Source of the DNA: Cycas panzhihuaensis
Lineage: Eukaryota; Plantae; Cycadophyta
Reading direction: 5' to 3'
Assembly: GCA_023213395.1 (NCBI GenBank)
Contig: CM041465.1
Coordinates: forward strand, 77,755,741 to 77,819,740
Length of the DNA stretch: 64,000 bases
Under the pieces are notes generated by a model that searched no databases, was not told the DNA's origin, and worked only from the letters and a program-made list of their open reading frames with translations. Every line of letters begins with the position of its first letter. The first letter of the stretch is position 1. Positions 26,901-40,963 of the stretch are shown here, one piece after another. The translations under genes and the position numbers were made by a program.

Positions 26901-28244
26901 ATATGCCTAATTATAGATATGAATGGTAACTTAATTATCTCATGATACAAAGATCAGGGACTTTACAAGCTTGATGTTGTGAGAAAACCATTGATCCACT
27001 CACATGAATTTGGTTCTTATTGTAATTTAGATTTAACTTCCAATCCTTTTACTTCAATATTAAATTAAAATGATCAATTTTCTTTACATATATATATTTT
27101 TCCTAAAATTCCAAAAGACTAGTTATGGCATCAATACCTATGTCACTTGAATATGGCCAGCCTTCATCTACTCTATAAATTAAATATGGTATATGGCATG
27201 TTAAACATAAACTAGACTAAGTATATTTGTGAGGTATATGTTATGGGAAAATACCATTAGGCTCCTTTCAGATCAAATGTAAAAGCTTGGTATGCCAAGG
27301 AAACTTTAGGCCTATAATATTCAAACATATATGGGCCCATGTCTTAGCTATCCTTTAGAGGTTATCAATACTTTATCACAATGATTACTCTAATAAAGTT
27401 TGTCTATATTTATTAGAGTAGAAATCAAAAGCCTTTGATAAATTCAAAGATTTTAAGCATGGTACAAAAATTGAATCTAGAAGGCCACTAAAAATCCTTC
27501 ATTATGATAATGGAGATAAATACACATCAAATGAGTTCATCAAATTCTGTAAGGATAATGGTATTAAATGATAATTTTCTGCCCCATAAACCCCTCAACA
27601 AAATGGAATTAAGTGAATGAATTAGACCTTGGTCAATAAAGGCAAAGCCATGCTTACTGGTAAGAGTCTAGGACTTCAAATTTAGATTAGATCCCTTCAT
27701 GTAATAATATATCTCATAAACAAAAATCTAACCAAGATTATATTGAGCATTACTCATGAGGAGGCCTAGTTAGGTAAAATACCTATGGTCTCACATTTAT
27801 GCACTTTTGGTTATACAATATATATACTCATACCAAATTAATAAAGGAAAAAGTTGGATGATAAGAGTAGGAAATATATCTTTATTAGTTATCAACTTAG
27901 CTATAAAGCATATAAATTATATGATCTTGCCACCAACTGAATACATATATCTTAGGATATTATATTCTTAGAAGAAAACTAAGATTTAGATATCACATAT
28001 ATATCATTCTTTGATTATTATTTAGATAAAGCACTTACCACTCCTTCTAATCCATAAAATATTCTTGTAGAACACATGCCTCCAGCATTAATATTTACTC
28101 CTAGTTCATCATCTGTACCACCTACCTTTACTTCTACATCTACTCTTATTGATACTTCAAAATATATTCAAGATGAGGTTACTTTAAAGTGGTTGCCTAA
28201 ATGGTATATATAGATGATCTCTTCTACTCCTTTACCACTATAAT

Positions 28245-31200
28245 AAGCAAAGAGATAATTGAAGGAAATAAAATATAGGAGAATATGGCAGAATATGAAT
28301 AAATCATTAATACATCAATACATCATTGTTGTATAGTAGCATAAACACAATAGCTTATATATTCAATCCATGTTTGTGAAGAGAGTAGTACAAATGTCCA
28401 CAATGAAGGTAGTGTCTAAAGACACTAGGGTTTCAGAGTGCAAAATAATATCCCTAAGACTTCATTATCCATTTTAAATTTTTCTTTAGTACTAAGATCA
28501 CATTCATGTTGCAAATATTTGTAAAGATCATGTGTAATGAAGTAATGTTGCATTGAAATTTAGAAAAAAGTGGAAGGCAAAGCCATCGATAATACCTAAG
28601 GCATGAGAGACCTCATGGTGTTATGGAACCCTAATGAAGGGTTAATAAATATCTTCATAGAGGAGGAATCCTTCCTTTCTATTTGGTTGACCAGTAGAAG
28701 GAATAACTTAAAATGGTTGACCATGAATGTTTATGCCCCTAATAACCAAGAGGATAGAAATAGGCTATAGAACAGAATTTTGGAGGTTCATGGTGAATGC
28801 AGTGCTCTTTGGTTTATCGTCGGTCACTTTAACATGGACCTTTGCCCAAGGGACAAGAAAAGGGGACAAGAAGGTTGGTCAAGTAATATGCATTACCTCA
28901 ACTGCTTCATGCAGAGGGGGGGGCTTGTGGATGTGAAGTTGAGAGGGGCCTCCTTTACTTGGTCAAACAAAAGACTAGGTAGCCAACTTATTTAGATTAA
29001 ATTAGACAGAGTTATGGTCAACTTTGATTGGGCTAGATATTTTAAGGACTTTGCCCTTGAGGCTCTCCGTAAAATCAGATTTAATCACCCTCCTCTTTAA
29101 CTCTCTTTTTCTAACTTGGAAAAACATAAAGGCTCTTTTTTCAGATTTGAAATGATGTGGATCAGACACCTAGACTTCAGGAAAAAGGTGGAGGATTAGT
29201 GGAAAGTTACAGTCTAGGGGCATGCTATGTTTAGATTCTCGAAAAAAAGTGACTAGGTTAAAAGGTAGGTGAAAGTTTGGAATAAAGAAATCTTCTAGAA
29301 CATCCATGTCCTGAAGGACCAAACTATCAAAGACCTTAATGAAATTCAAAATAGGATCAAGGTTGAGGGAAAATCCTCAACCCTAGATAAAGATAAAAGA
29401 GAGCTAGTTGATAACATGGAAGAATTACTGAATAGAGAAGAAATTCATTGGAGGCAAAAATCCAGAGCTATTTGGCTTGCTGAAGGGGATAGAAACACCA
29501 TATTTTTTCACATGACTACTGTTAAGAACAGAGCTAGTAATAGAATCAATGGTCTCCAAAGGTAGGATGGTTCAATTATAAAGAGTATAAAAGATTTAAA
29601 AGATCTGATGAGTGACTACTTTAAGGGTCTTTTCTCTGAACCGCAGGGCGAGGATAGGGAGGCCTGAGAGATACTCATGTGATCCATTCCTTGCTTGGTC
29701 AATGAAGCTCAAAACACTACTCTGACTATCCCATTCACCCAAGAGGAGGTTAAGAAGGCAGTGTTTGGAATGAAGAGGGATAAAGCCCCTAGCCTGGATG
29801 GATTTCCTTCTGGTTTCTTTCAGGAATTTTGGGATATAATAAAGGAAGATCTTATAGAAGCTTTGCACGAGTTCTACTTGAATAAAAAGATACTCCAAGA
29901 ATGGCAAGCTACATTCTTGGTCCTTATTCCAAAAGTGGAGGGTGGCAAGAGAATTAAGGATTTTCATCCAATTAGCCTCTACAATGTGAAGTACAAGATC
30001 CTTTCCAAATTTCTTGCTAATAGACTTAAATGGATTATCCCTAATATAATATCCCAGAACCAGGATAATTTCATGCGGGGGAGGCAGATCACTGATGGCA
30101 TTATTGTGGTCTAAGAAACTCTGTACTCAACTAAGGAAAGGAAGGAGCCTACTATGCTCATAAAAAATGACCTCTTAAATGCTTTTGATAGAGTCTCCTA
30201 GAACTGCCTGATGGAGTGCTTGGACACATTTGGGTTTAGAGAGAAGTGGAGGACATGGATGAAACTATATATCTCAAACCCTCAATACTCAGTCACTGTT
30301 AATGGCTCTTTATCCAAGTTTTTCCTAGGCTATAGGGGCTTAAGATAGGGAGACCCCTTATCTCCTTACCTCTTCATAACCTTAGCTGAGTTGCTGGGTA
30401 GGACCATGGAGGCGGTTAAAAGATAAGGACTCATTAAAGGTCTACGTCCGACTTCATGGGTGGATAATATTGTTCACCATCAGTTTGTTGATGATAACAT
30501 TTTCCTGGGAAAATCTTCCATCAAGGAGGCCCGTAGGATAAAGGATGAACTAAAAAGATATGAGTTGGGTATGAACCAAAAGGTTAATTTAAGAAAAAGT
30601 AGTGTCCACTTCATAAATACCCTTGGAACTGCGCAAAGAAGAATCAGTGATATCTTGGAAATGGGTATTAAGAAATTGCCTATTATATACCTTAGTATGC
30701 CCTTTCTTGTAGGCAAGATGTCCAAGGACTTGTGGAACCCTCTTATCGACCAGCTTCAAAGGAAGCTAGCTGGTTGAAAAGGCACACTCCTTAGCCAAGC
30801 TGGTAAGCTCCAACTTGTGGCCTCTTTGCTACAAAGCATCCTAATTTATTGGATGATTATTTTCAGAATTCTAAGTGGCATCTCCACTATTTTAGAATCT
30901 ATTTAGAAAAGATTCCTCTAGTTTGTGGTAGAAGAGAGGGAAATAATTCACTTGGTAAATTGGGATAAGGTCTGCATGTCGAAATAGGTCAGGGGTTTAA
31001 ACCTAAGAAGAACTCACACTTTTAATTCAACCCTTGTGGCTAAGCTTGGGTGGAGACTTGTTAAAGGTTGTGGTGGTTTGTGGGGTAGGATTATATCTTA
31101 AAAGTACCTATAGGGTGAGCTCCCTCCTAGAGAATTTTGTCCTCCCATCTGGCTATGCTATCTGAAGGAGTATTCTCTATACCAGGCTTTTGGTGAAAGC

Positions 31201-33836
31201 TGGTTTGAAGTGGAATTTAGGTAATGGGAATTATATAAAATTTTGAGAGGATGTTTGGTATACTGTAACATCCTTAAAGGACTATTCTGATTTAGCCCCC
31301 CTTCAGGTTCATTGTGAGAGTCTTTATGGTCTATATGTAAAGGATTACTTGATTAGGGGGGGCAGAAGTAAGAGATGGAGGAACTTTGAGAAACTCCAGG
31401 GTGGGACTTCTCCTAAGGAAGGGCTCATCAAGCTCAAAGAGATCCTTAACAAATGTTATCCAAATTGAATAGAGCAAACTCGGTAGTCTAGTCCTCCTCC
31501 TCCCAAAACAGGGACTATTTAGTGAAACAAGGTTACCTTTACCTTTGTCTCAAGAGAGGGGCTCAAAGGAATGACCTTTTGATGGGCGTTTGGAAACTTA
31601 ATCTCATTCCTAAAATTATGGTCTTTTAGTGGACCTGTCTTAGAAATAGAATTTTGACAACAGACAACCTCATGAGGAGGGGTTACCAGCTGACTAATAG
31701 GTGTATCCTCTGTTGCCCTGAGGAGGAATTAGTGGATCATATCCTCCTTCGGTACTCCTATGTTGGCAAGGTTTGGAGACTTCTGCTGGAGTGTTTTGAG
31801 GTGGTGTGGGTTCATTTCGGGAATATTGCAGATCAATGGAAATTATAACATAGCCCTTTTAAGAGTATAGTCATGGGTAGTGTTTGGAAAAACTCCCTCC
31901 TGGTGTTGTCTTGGAATATATGGAAGGAAAGAAATAAAAGGATTTTCCAAGATAAACATATGGACCTGAAGACTATATTTAATGTCATATGTACTGAGAT
32001 AAAAGAAAATGCTAAAAGTTTTGAAGAGAAGCGTATACCGCCTACTGAAGGTAAGATTCTGCACAAGTGGGGCATAAAGTAGAACATCAAGGAAAGGAGC
32101 CCTAAAACATGTCACTGGATACCTCCAAAGGAACACTGGATCAAAATTAACTTCGATGGTACCTCAAAAGGTAACCCTCATGAAGGTGGTGGTGGTGGTA
32201 TTTGTAGAGATGTCAAGGGTAGTTTCATTTGGGCCTTTGCAGATTATTATGGTCAACAAATGAATCACTTCGCTAAGATGGAAGCCATGCACAAAGCTGT
32301 GAATATGGCCTTGGAGGGGGGCCACTCCAAGGTAATTATAGAAGGGGACTCCCAGAATGTAATAAATCAGCTAAGAAACACTACATCTCCTGACTAGAGA
32401 TTTTAATTGATGATTGAGGATTCTCAAGATGCTCTAAAGGACCTTATGGATGTGCAGCTTCGGCACACCTTCAGGGAAGGAAATAAGGTAGCAAATCTCT
32501 TGGAAAACTAGGGGGTTAGAAGTATGGAATCTTTTGTTTAGAGGGTGGATTTACCTGATGAGCTTATGAGACTGGTTGAGCTTGAGATTCCTCAGGATAG
32601 CTAGCCATGGGGCTTGTCATGGCTTTTCTTTAACCTTATTTCTTCCTCAGATCATGGGGGTGTCACAGTCTATTTTAGTCTAGTTGCTAAATCATTATTG
32701 ATGTACTAGGTTGTGGGAGCTTATTTTCAAACCCACACTTAATTGTATTTTACCTTATATAAAAAAAAAGTAATATTGCATTATTTGATGCCATGTTCAC
32801 AATGCAAAGTTTTCAAAAGATAAAGTTCAAGTTCAAAGTTTTCTTAAAATTCTAATTGACAAAGTTAAAGTTACAGCTATACATATACTTTTGAATCAAG
32901 CCTCATCTACTTATAGCTTTTTTGCACCACTTCATGGTAAAAAGACATATATTGTTATAAGGATAAAGCAAGTTGATAAAGACAAGTTAAGGGACAGATT
33001 TTAAAAGTTTTTATCAAGTACAAATTCTATAAGTTTAAAGAGAAGACATTGTTCAGGATGACCATTAAGGGGGAGAATGTTGGGATTAATAGTCATCACC
33101 CCTCTCATACCTTCCAACTAGGAGCACATTTATAAATATTTCCAAAGATCATGTGTAATAAAGTAATATTGCATTGTTTGATACCATAGTGAAAAATTAT
33201 GGCCATCAAATTTAGGAAATTGTACTTGATCATGATTGATTTCCATTTTACAAAAAGACTTTAGTGCATAAAAGGAAATATGATTTTACTAGGTCAAAAA
33301 AGGTCAATAAATCAATGAACATATATGATTTCAAATAAACTTTTTGAAAGAGATGTAACGCCCTTTAAAAATGAATCAACTAAATGTAACTTTTATAAGT
33401 TTTTCAATAAGGATGAATAAAAAATACTTTACAATAAATATATGCCTTTCAAATAAATGATAGCCTTATAAGATATAATTTCAGATGGAATTAAAAATAT
33501 AATGAATATATAAGCAAATTTGAAGTGTAACAAATATCCTCTTAAATATGTAAATCTGAAATAAACTTTGAAAATGAAAGCAATGTCTAATGACACCAGG
33601 GTTGTACACCCCTTAAATTATATAGTTTGAGGGAGGAGGGAAACTCCTCAACCCCTAAAATTTAAATAACAATAAAATAATACAAACTTAACTTAAAATA
33701 AACTTAACTCAAATTAACTAAACTTATCTTATACTTACCTACACATGTTGAGCACCCACATGTGTAAATTGATGAAGATGAGGTGTGCACTCCTGGTTAG
33801 AAGGTATGAGAGGGATGATGACTATTAACCCCAACA
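28245..33836. mobile_element. Rearranged LTR-element fragment in the INT-RT linker of B; hosts the LINE
   Basis: B coding sequence stops at ~28240 and resumes at ~33840, with ATAAT on both flanks. Contains PPT CCATTAAGGGGGAGAA plus an LTR start at 33078, and an inverted copy of that LTR start ending at 33836. Confidence 0.65.
28555..32769 (+). mobile_element. L1-clade LINE, 5'-truncated ORF2 (EN-RT-zf-RNase H) with poly(A) and TSD
   Basis: EN FTWSNKR..IKLDRV, RT KAPSLDGFPSGFFQEFW, GLR*GDPLSPYLF, HQFVDD, zf-RVT LTTDNLMRRG..CILC..DHILL, RNase H WIPP..WIKINFDG..GNP..EGDS..HTFREGNKVA. Poly(A) at 32761-32769. TSD AAGTAATGTTGCATT (28540-28554) / AAGTAATATTGCATT (32768-32782). Confidence 0.95.
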
Positions 33837-36014
33837 ATAATCAAAATACAGGTCATCCACTAACTTTGCCTTAATGGTAGAAGCATTGTCAACTCTTAAA
33901 CTTTCTACTTATGAGGAAGTTATTGCAGATATAAAATAGTAAGTAATAATGACTAAAGAAATGGATTCTATCCTACAGAATGATGCTTAAGAGCTTGTTA
34001 AGCTACTTAAAGGGAAGAAATTGATTGATTATAGATAGATTTATAAAATAAAATTTCATGCAAATGACTCTATTTAGTGACATAAATCCCATTTGGCTAC
34101 CAAAGATTTCAAACAGGTTGAGGGTACTGACTATGATGGTACATATACACTAGTTTCTAAAGCACCGCTATTAGACTTATTTTGGCATTTGTAACTCAAT
34201 TCAATTTGGATGTATATTAGATGGATGTAAAAAATGCCTTATTAAATGATAACTTATAGGTGGAAATTTATATAAATTAACCTCCCAGCTTTGTTATTCA
34301 TGGAAAAGAACACTTAGTCTATAAATTGAAAGAGGCATTGTATGGCCTTAAACAATCACTTCATATTTGATATATGAAGATTCATAAATATTTTCCAAAG
34401 CATGGACTTATTCACTCATCTTTAGATTCAAATATGTATATTAGAATCCATAATAGTTTGATCACTCTAGTCATACTTTATGTCAATGATTTGTTGATAA
34501 CTAATAATGACATAGAGTGGATTACCCATCTCTAGGGAGAACTAAAAAGCAACTTTGAAATAAATAATCTCAGGTTGCTTCACTAGTTTCTTAGCATGAA
34601 AGTCTAGTAGGAGCCAAACCATACTTTCCTTTAGAAGTTAAAATATGTAAAGGAAATTCCTCAAAAATATAGGATAGATAAATGTAAACAATTAGCAACT
34701 CCTATAGAGATAAGTCTAAAATTAGATATTAATGAGTATGGAAAACCTATGGATCCAATATTGTATAGACAACTGATGGGGAAATTAATTTACATCACTC
34801 ATACTTAACTATATATTGCTTATGCCATTGGGATTCATTCTAGGTTCATGACACATCCTAAAATTTCATATTAGAAAATAACAACAAGGATCCTAAAATA
34901 TATTTGGGGTATTATTTAGTTTCGACTTGCTTATTGTCATGTAGAAAATCCTTTGTTAATAGGTTATGCATATGCATATTGAGCTAGATGTAAAGATAGT
35001 TGTAGGTTAACCTCAGGCTATTGTTTTAACTTGGGTTCTACTTCAGTTTTATAGTCTTAAAAAAAGTAGCCTAATGTCACCTTTTCTTCAACTAAAGTTT
35101 AGTATAAAGTTGTCATTAGTGTAGTTGTTAAGGCTATTTGACTTATAAGGATTTCTGAAGAGCTTGAAATCAGTCAAACACAAGCTACATCATTATTTTA
35201 TGATAATCAAAGTGTTCTCAACTTGACCAAGGATCCTATGTTCTATAATAGAACCAAATACATCGAGGTTCACCATCACTTCATTAGGAAACATGTATAT
35301 GATGGTGAGATAGATTTGATCTACAAGCCTACTGAAAATTTGATTATAGATATCTTCACAAAAGCACTCTCTCATGATAAATTTGAAAGGTTTTAGTTTG
35401 GCCTTAGTGTCAAAATTAATAAACTTATCATTAAGGAAGGGTGATAGAATAATTAATGATGTATTTCATTAATTCATTATGGATCAATTATATTATTAAT
35501 GTAACTTTTGTACTAATATATGTTGAGAGCTTCATTATTATAAATAGGTTTAGTCACAACTTAATGGTGTGAACCTAGGTGTGTGGGAGTTGATTTTTTC
35601 CTCAATATTTTAATAATATAAATTTTATTAATCATGCAAGGTGTTAATTACCACCTTGCATGATCTTACATTAATATTCTCATTGTATTTGATAATAGCC
35701 TCTTTTGTTCTTTATGTGAGGTTTTTCATATAACTTTTTATTATCTTATGTATTTCATTTTTCATATGTTAATGTAAGTAATACAACTTTAGAGCATTGT
35801 GACAAATTCCCATGCTTTCACTTTTTTATTATTGTGTGAATGTTTTTGGTAGATATAACGAGTCTTGAAGCTAGGCTGAAATTAGGAAGACTTTTGCACT
35901 CTCAATACTTGATTGAACATAAAAATATATTATATCCTACTTTATTTCACATTTCCATATAAGTCATTACAAATAATTTAATATGGTATTATAGTGAGTT
36001 CAAAATTTCTAACA

Positions 36015-37568
36015 ATAATTAGTATATTTATTTAGGATACTTCATACATATGACTCATAGAAAGAAATGGATTGAGAAATTAAATAACTCTTAAGTAAAA
36101 AAAGTAATATTCAAGGATAATACCACTAAAATGTAATAAATAAATGGAATGTGTTAATTTAAGCTAATTATGGAGAATCTAAGTACGTAAATAATATAGT
36201 TCATGTCTCAATACTTAAGAGGAATTTATTATCATTAGCCAAATAATAAAGTAGAAATATAAGGTCATCTTTGATAATAAGAAATGCATAATTAAGGATA
36301 AATTAAAGAATGATACTATAGTAGCTGAGAGGAAAATGACCAATAATAGGTTGTTCAAGTTAGTTATACTTCTAGTAATACTTATACTTTAGAGGTATCA
36401 ATCGAGATGGATATTGAGATATGAAATTAAGATTTGGCTATAAATTGTAATATCTTATTACTAATGAACAAGTTGGATATGGTAATTGGTCTACTTAATA
36501 TTAAAGATAATAAAGAGATTTATGAAGGGTGTATAATAAGCAAATAATAAAGGAAAGGATTCCTAAATAAAAACTTTAGAACTAAGGGGGTATTTCAACT
36601 AGTGTATATAGATTTATATAGACTAATTAATACAATCTCTCTTAGTGGTGTAATATGTTTCATGACTTTAATTAATTATTATATAAGAATGACAAGTTCA
36701 AATTAAAAGCATTTTAATGATTTGCTAATTTTGAAGGGATGATTAAGAGGCAAAATGATCATAAAATTTCAACCCATATATCAAATAATTTAGGAGAGTT
36801 TATCTCTAATAAATATAAGGAATATTATAGGTATTATGGAATTAGAAAATAACTTACAATCCCTTATACCTACTAATAAAATGGGGTAGTAAAAGGGAAG
36901 AATATGATAATTATTTATATGGATTGAAGCATACTTAAGGCTAAGCACCTTGGTAATGAATTTTGATTAGAAGTTATCCATAAAGTTGTTTTATTTTTTG
37001 AACAAGTGTATAACTGAGATAGTAAGGTAGGTAATAATAGAAGAGATTTGGCCATGGAACAATCCTAATACTAAACATATAAGGGTATTTAGGTGCATTT
37101 TATATGTATATATTCCAAAATATAAAAGGGTAAAATTAGATGATGAAAGTGTTAAATAAATATTTATGGGATATACTAATACTCTAAAATCCTATAAATT
37201 ATATAATCTTAAGGAAAAGAAAATCATGAGCAGGGATGCCATCTTCAATAAAGGTGGGATTTATTAAGAATATATAGAAATAGATAAAGGTAAAAGTGTA
37301 GTGATTGATATGGAACCTAGTATAAGTGGTATAAATATACCTCTAATAACTAATATAGGTAGATCAAGACCATCTGCTTCAAGTCTAGTTAATAGGATGG
37401 ATCCTAAATTAAGAGTAGAACTACTCAATCTTAAAGTATAGTGAATTTTCCATTAATTATACTATTGATGGAAAATAATGACCCTCAAAATTTTAAAGAG
37501 TTCAACACTTAAGATGAGTGGAAGGGAGTTATGAAGGAAGAGTACAATGCCTTAATGAATAATTAGAG
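36015..37568 (+). mobile_element. Ty1/copia protease-integrase-RT start relic (probably the continuation of Z)
   Basis: HMTHRKKW, LKRNLLS, LVYIDLY, GEFISN, PYTY**NGVVK, KLDDES, then DPQNFKE. Truncated at 37568. Confidence 0.8.
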
Positions 37569-40500
37569 TGAGACTTTTTCACCATTGTCCTCTTTCAATC
37601 ATATTTAAGTGAGACCCTTTTTACTCCAAAAGTGATTTTTTCTAAAATATAGCTTTCATTATAGTCCAAAGACTCTATTTTCTCTCAAAAATGCATTTTT
37701 CATAGTTTAGTTTTCTTATCTAGTACCAAGTATTTTTTTTCATGCCTTTGAAGCCTTGTAGTCTCGCTCACTTAAGAGATGCGAGATGGTCGCTAATGAG
37801 GTAAAATTATGATGATCACTCCTCTAAAAATCAACCACTAACAAGCTAAACTATGGTGGGTACATCCTTGTATATAGATCCTTTACATTTATGATGAAAA
37901 ATATGAAAACCTAAAAGTACAAAAAAATAAAAAAACTCAAATGTTTCTTTTTAAATACTAGTTTAGAAAAATAGGTAGTATGTGTTAAGCCCTTATAATC
38001 AACCCCACTCATTTACCTCATCTATCCTTCTTTCAATTATCAGCATTTGCATCCTTTTAAGCAACTCAACAAATAATTTAGGTAGCCCAAGTTCCTAAAT
38101 AATTTGGTTTTGGTAAAATTAGCAATGTTTACTACCTTGATTCATCTCATTCATAAAGCTTTAACTACCAAGGTGGTAAATGTTTCAATTAACTATACCC
38201 TCTCTTAAAACTAGCTAAGTTTCATACCTTTCCTTGTTCATTATTAGGATTTGAATGTATGATTCCATGGTAATTTAGTAGACCACTGAGCAAGATAGTT
38301 AAATGATTTCATACTGATTATGCATGTGCTTGACTAATGTTCTTAATGATCCAAAGATCATAAAAGTATCCAATAAAATTGACTTATTTTATACCCCTTT
38401 AAAGCTCCAACTTGCTTCTATGATTCACCCTCTTTAGCCTGTCTTTAACATCATAAGTCTTATATTTTTAATTATTTTTTCCCTCTAGGTTTCTATTTGT
38501 ACTTTATGTACCCTCTATTACTTCCAAATTCACTTTTTGACAATTTATTATTTGACTTTTTTGATGCAATTCTAATTTTTTTAACACTCTGTAATAGATC
38601 ACATTTTTCACTATAGGTCAAATTTTTGGTATTACTTAAAAACATGACCTATCTCATAGAACATAACCTTCTTATAACTAAAAAAGTGACCTACTTATAA
38701 GTTGCATTTTTAGTGTATTGCAGGTCATATTCTTCACTATAGATTACATTTTTCATTGAAGGTCATACTTTTTATCTTCCTACACATAAAAAAAGAAGAT
38801 AATGACATGCTATTTTTTTCCACTATATAGACATTAGGTTGTGAAAAACTATGATCTTTCCTTCCCATGGTTTTTCTCCTTCTTTGCCTTCATTTTATTC
38901 TATAAAAACTCATTAGTTTTCTTGAGAAAGAAGAGAGAATATTTAGAGTAACAAAGTGGTATCAAATTTAAGACTCATCCTTATAACCTTTATTTGGACT
39001 TTAAGAGTACCTATCTAAAGCATGATTCAAATCTATTTATTAGAGAATCAAAGACTTGGATCTAATCTTACATCCTTTTATTCTCTTTACCTTTTTTGGA
39101 TACTTTTTCTTTCACATCCCTCGTCCTTCTTCAAGTGTCAATTTCTACTCTTACTCCTTTCTTTCATCTCTTACTCCTCTTACTTGTTGCAACTAATCTA
39201 GAAATTTGATTTAGAGGGTTTGAAAAAGTAAGGCATTGATCTCAAGCACAATCTTATATTTTCTTTAAGTGAGTACTTCTTTGTTGGTAAGTTTATATAT
39301 TTTATTTTAAGTGTTTTTAAACATTGTTTCTTGTTCTTTGTTAAGTGGTAAGCTAAGGTATGGTTTTAGCTAATTTCACAACATATATTAGTTTACTTTC
39401 ATGATCCTCTTTTCTTGTTGTGAGTCTCCCTTTTCTTTGAGTCTTTATTTTAGAGTGATAAACTTTTAAGCCCTTACGTTCCTACTCAAAACTTAGAAAA
39501 AGCCCCATATGACTAGCCTTTATGCTAAGGAGCTCTCTAAGGAGGTGAGTGAGTTAGGAGTATAGCCTTTGGTGACTTAAACCCTCCCTCCATAAGGTTA
39601 TAAGCTCTATTTTACCCTACTCTTCATTCTCCCATAACCCTCTAGGTATAGTCAAAATGCTACCAAGCTTTTGAGAGTATGCTTAATTTTAAAAGGATGT
39701 TTCTAGCATAATCTTTTAATTCAATAACTTTTAATATTTACTATAGCTAGCATGACCATATTATTCATATTAGAGCCTTAATTAGAGGGTGAAGATTTTG
39801 TTCAAAGACCCTTATAGTAAATGATTTTAAGGTTGGTCCTTCTTTACTTGTTGTTTTCCTCTTATTTTGCTCTTTCTTTCAGTAAAGAAATCTACTAAAA
39901 AAGAAAAGGAAAAAAGCAACTAAGAAAGATGTTTCTTCAGTGATTATTATTATTTTGGATTGCTTGTTTAGGTGTTAGCTTGAAAACATAATTTTCTTTT
40001 CCTTTTCTTAGAAACGAGAGAGAGAGAGAGATAAGTAACTAGGATATGTACAAGAGCACCCAAATGACCCTTATTTTTGTTACTCTTTATAGGTGTGCTG
40101 AATATAAATCTTATTTCTTTTTTCCTTGAAAAAAAAAAGAAAAAGAGAAAAAGGAAAGAAAATCACATATGAATCATTTATATTAGTCTAGATCATATCA
40201 AAGTAGGTTAATTCTTTTGGTGGTTGATTAAGTTGATTTCTTGAATGTTATTTGCATGCAAATTAATGCCACATTCTAGACTCATATTCAAGATTATTTT
40301 TTATTTTCTTATTGCATAGAATCCCTAAGTTAGGTCTTATCCCTTTATTTAGGGCTTGTTTGATTTATTGGGACTTGATATTCTCAACATATAAACTTGT
40401 CCTCTCCTAAACATAAATACTTATTATTATGAGGGGTCATTTGATTGAGTGTGACTTAACATCCCTGATGTGTAAACTTTCCTTTCCTTAAGATTACTTT

Positions 40501-40874
40501 TTCTTTCCATGTTTTGAACACTAAAGGTGTTAGCTTGCCATTATACTTTGGGTTTAGAGAAACGTTTCTTCTTTATCTATATTCACCTCTAAGTATAACA
40601 ACCCTATAGAATTGGATATCGGTATCCCTTGATTGTCCATCCTTATAGGTGGATTATTATCAAGTGAGAGAGTTCCTAGAGGCTAACCCTTGATAAAGTT
40701 ATTAATCTAGGGTCTAAGCTCTACTAGGTCCTTGCACTTATCAGTCCTCCACTACTCTAGACTAGATCAAAGTAGACTCTTGACTTTTTAAGTGGGTTAG
40801 TGCTCTACAATATGACATTTTCCTATAGAGAAACTTTTGAGAGGATGGATGAATAAGAAACCTTAAGTTTCTCA
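37569..40874 (+). mobile_element. Large non-coding LTR-like insertion (gypsy-type solo or truncated LTR)
   Basis: Begins TGAGA exactly where the copia RT stops and ends TCTCA. T-rich, U5-like composition with no ORFs. Confidence 0.4.
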
Positions 40875-40963
40875 CTTTGGGATAGGGTCCCTTATTAATT
40901 CTTCCACTCATTAGGAGGTTGTTTGATCTTTTTCCCAACTAAAAGGGGACTTTTTTTTTTGGA

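Noticed and set aside
29596-32136. Minus-strand ORFs overlapping the LINE
   Set aside because: Antisense shadows of L1 ORF2.
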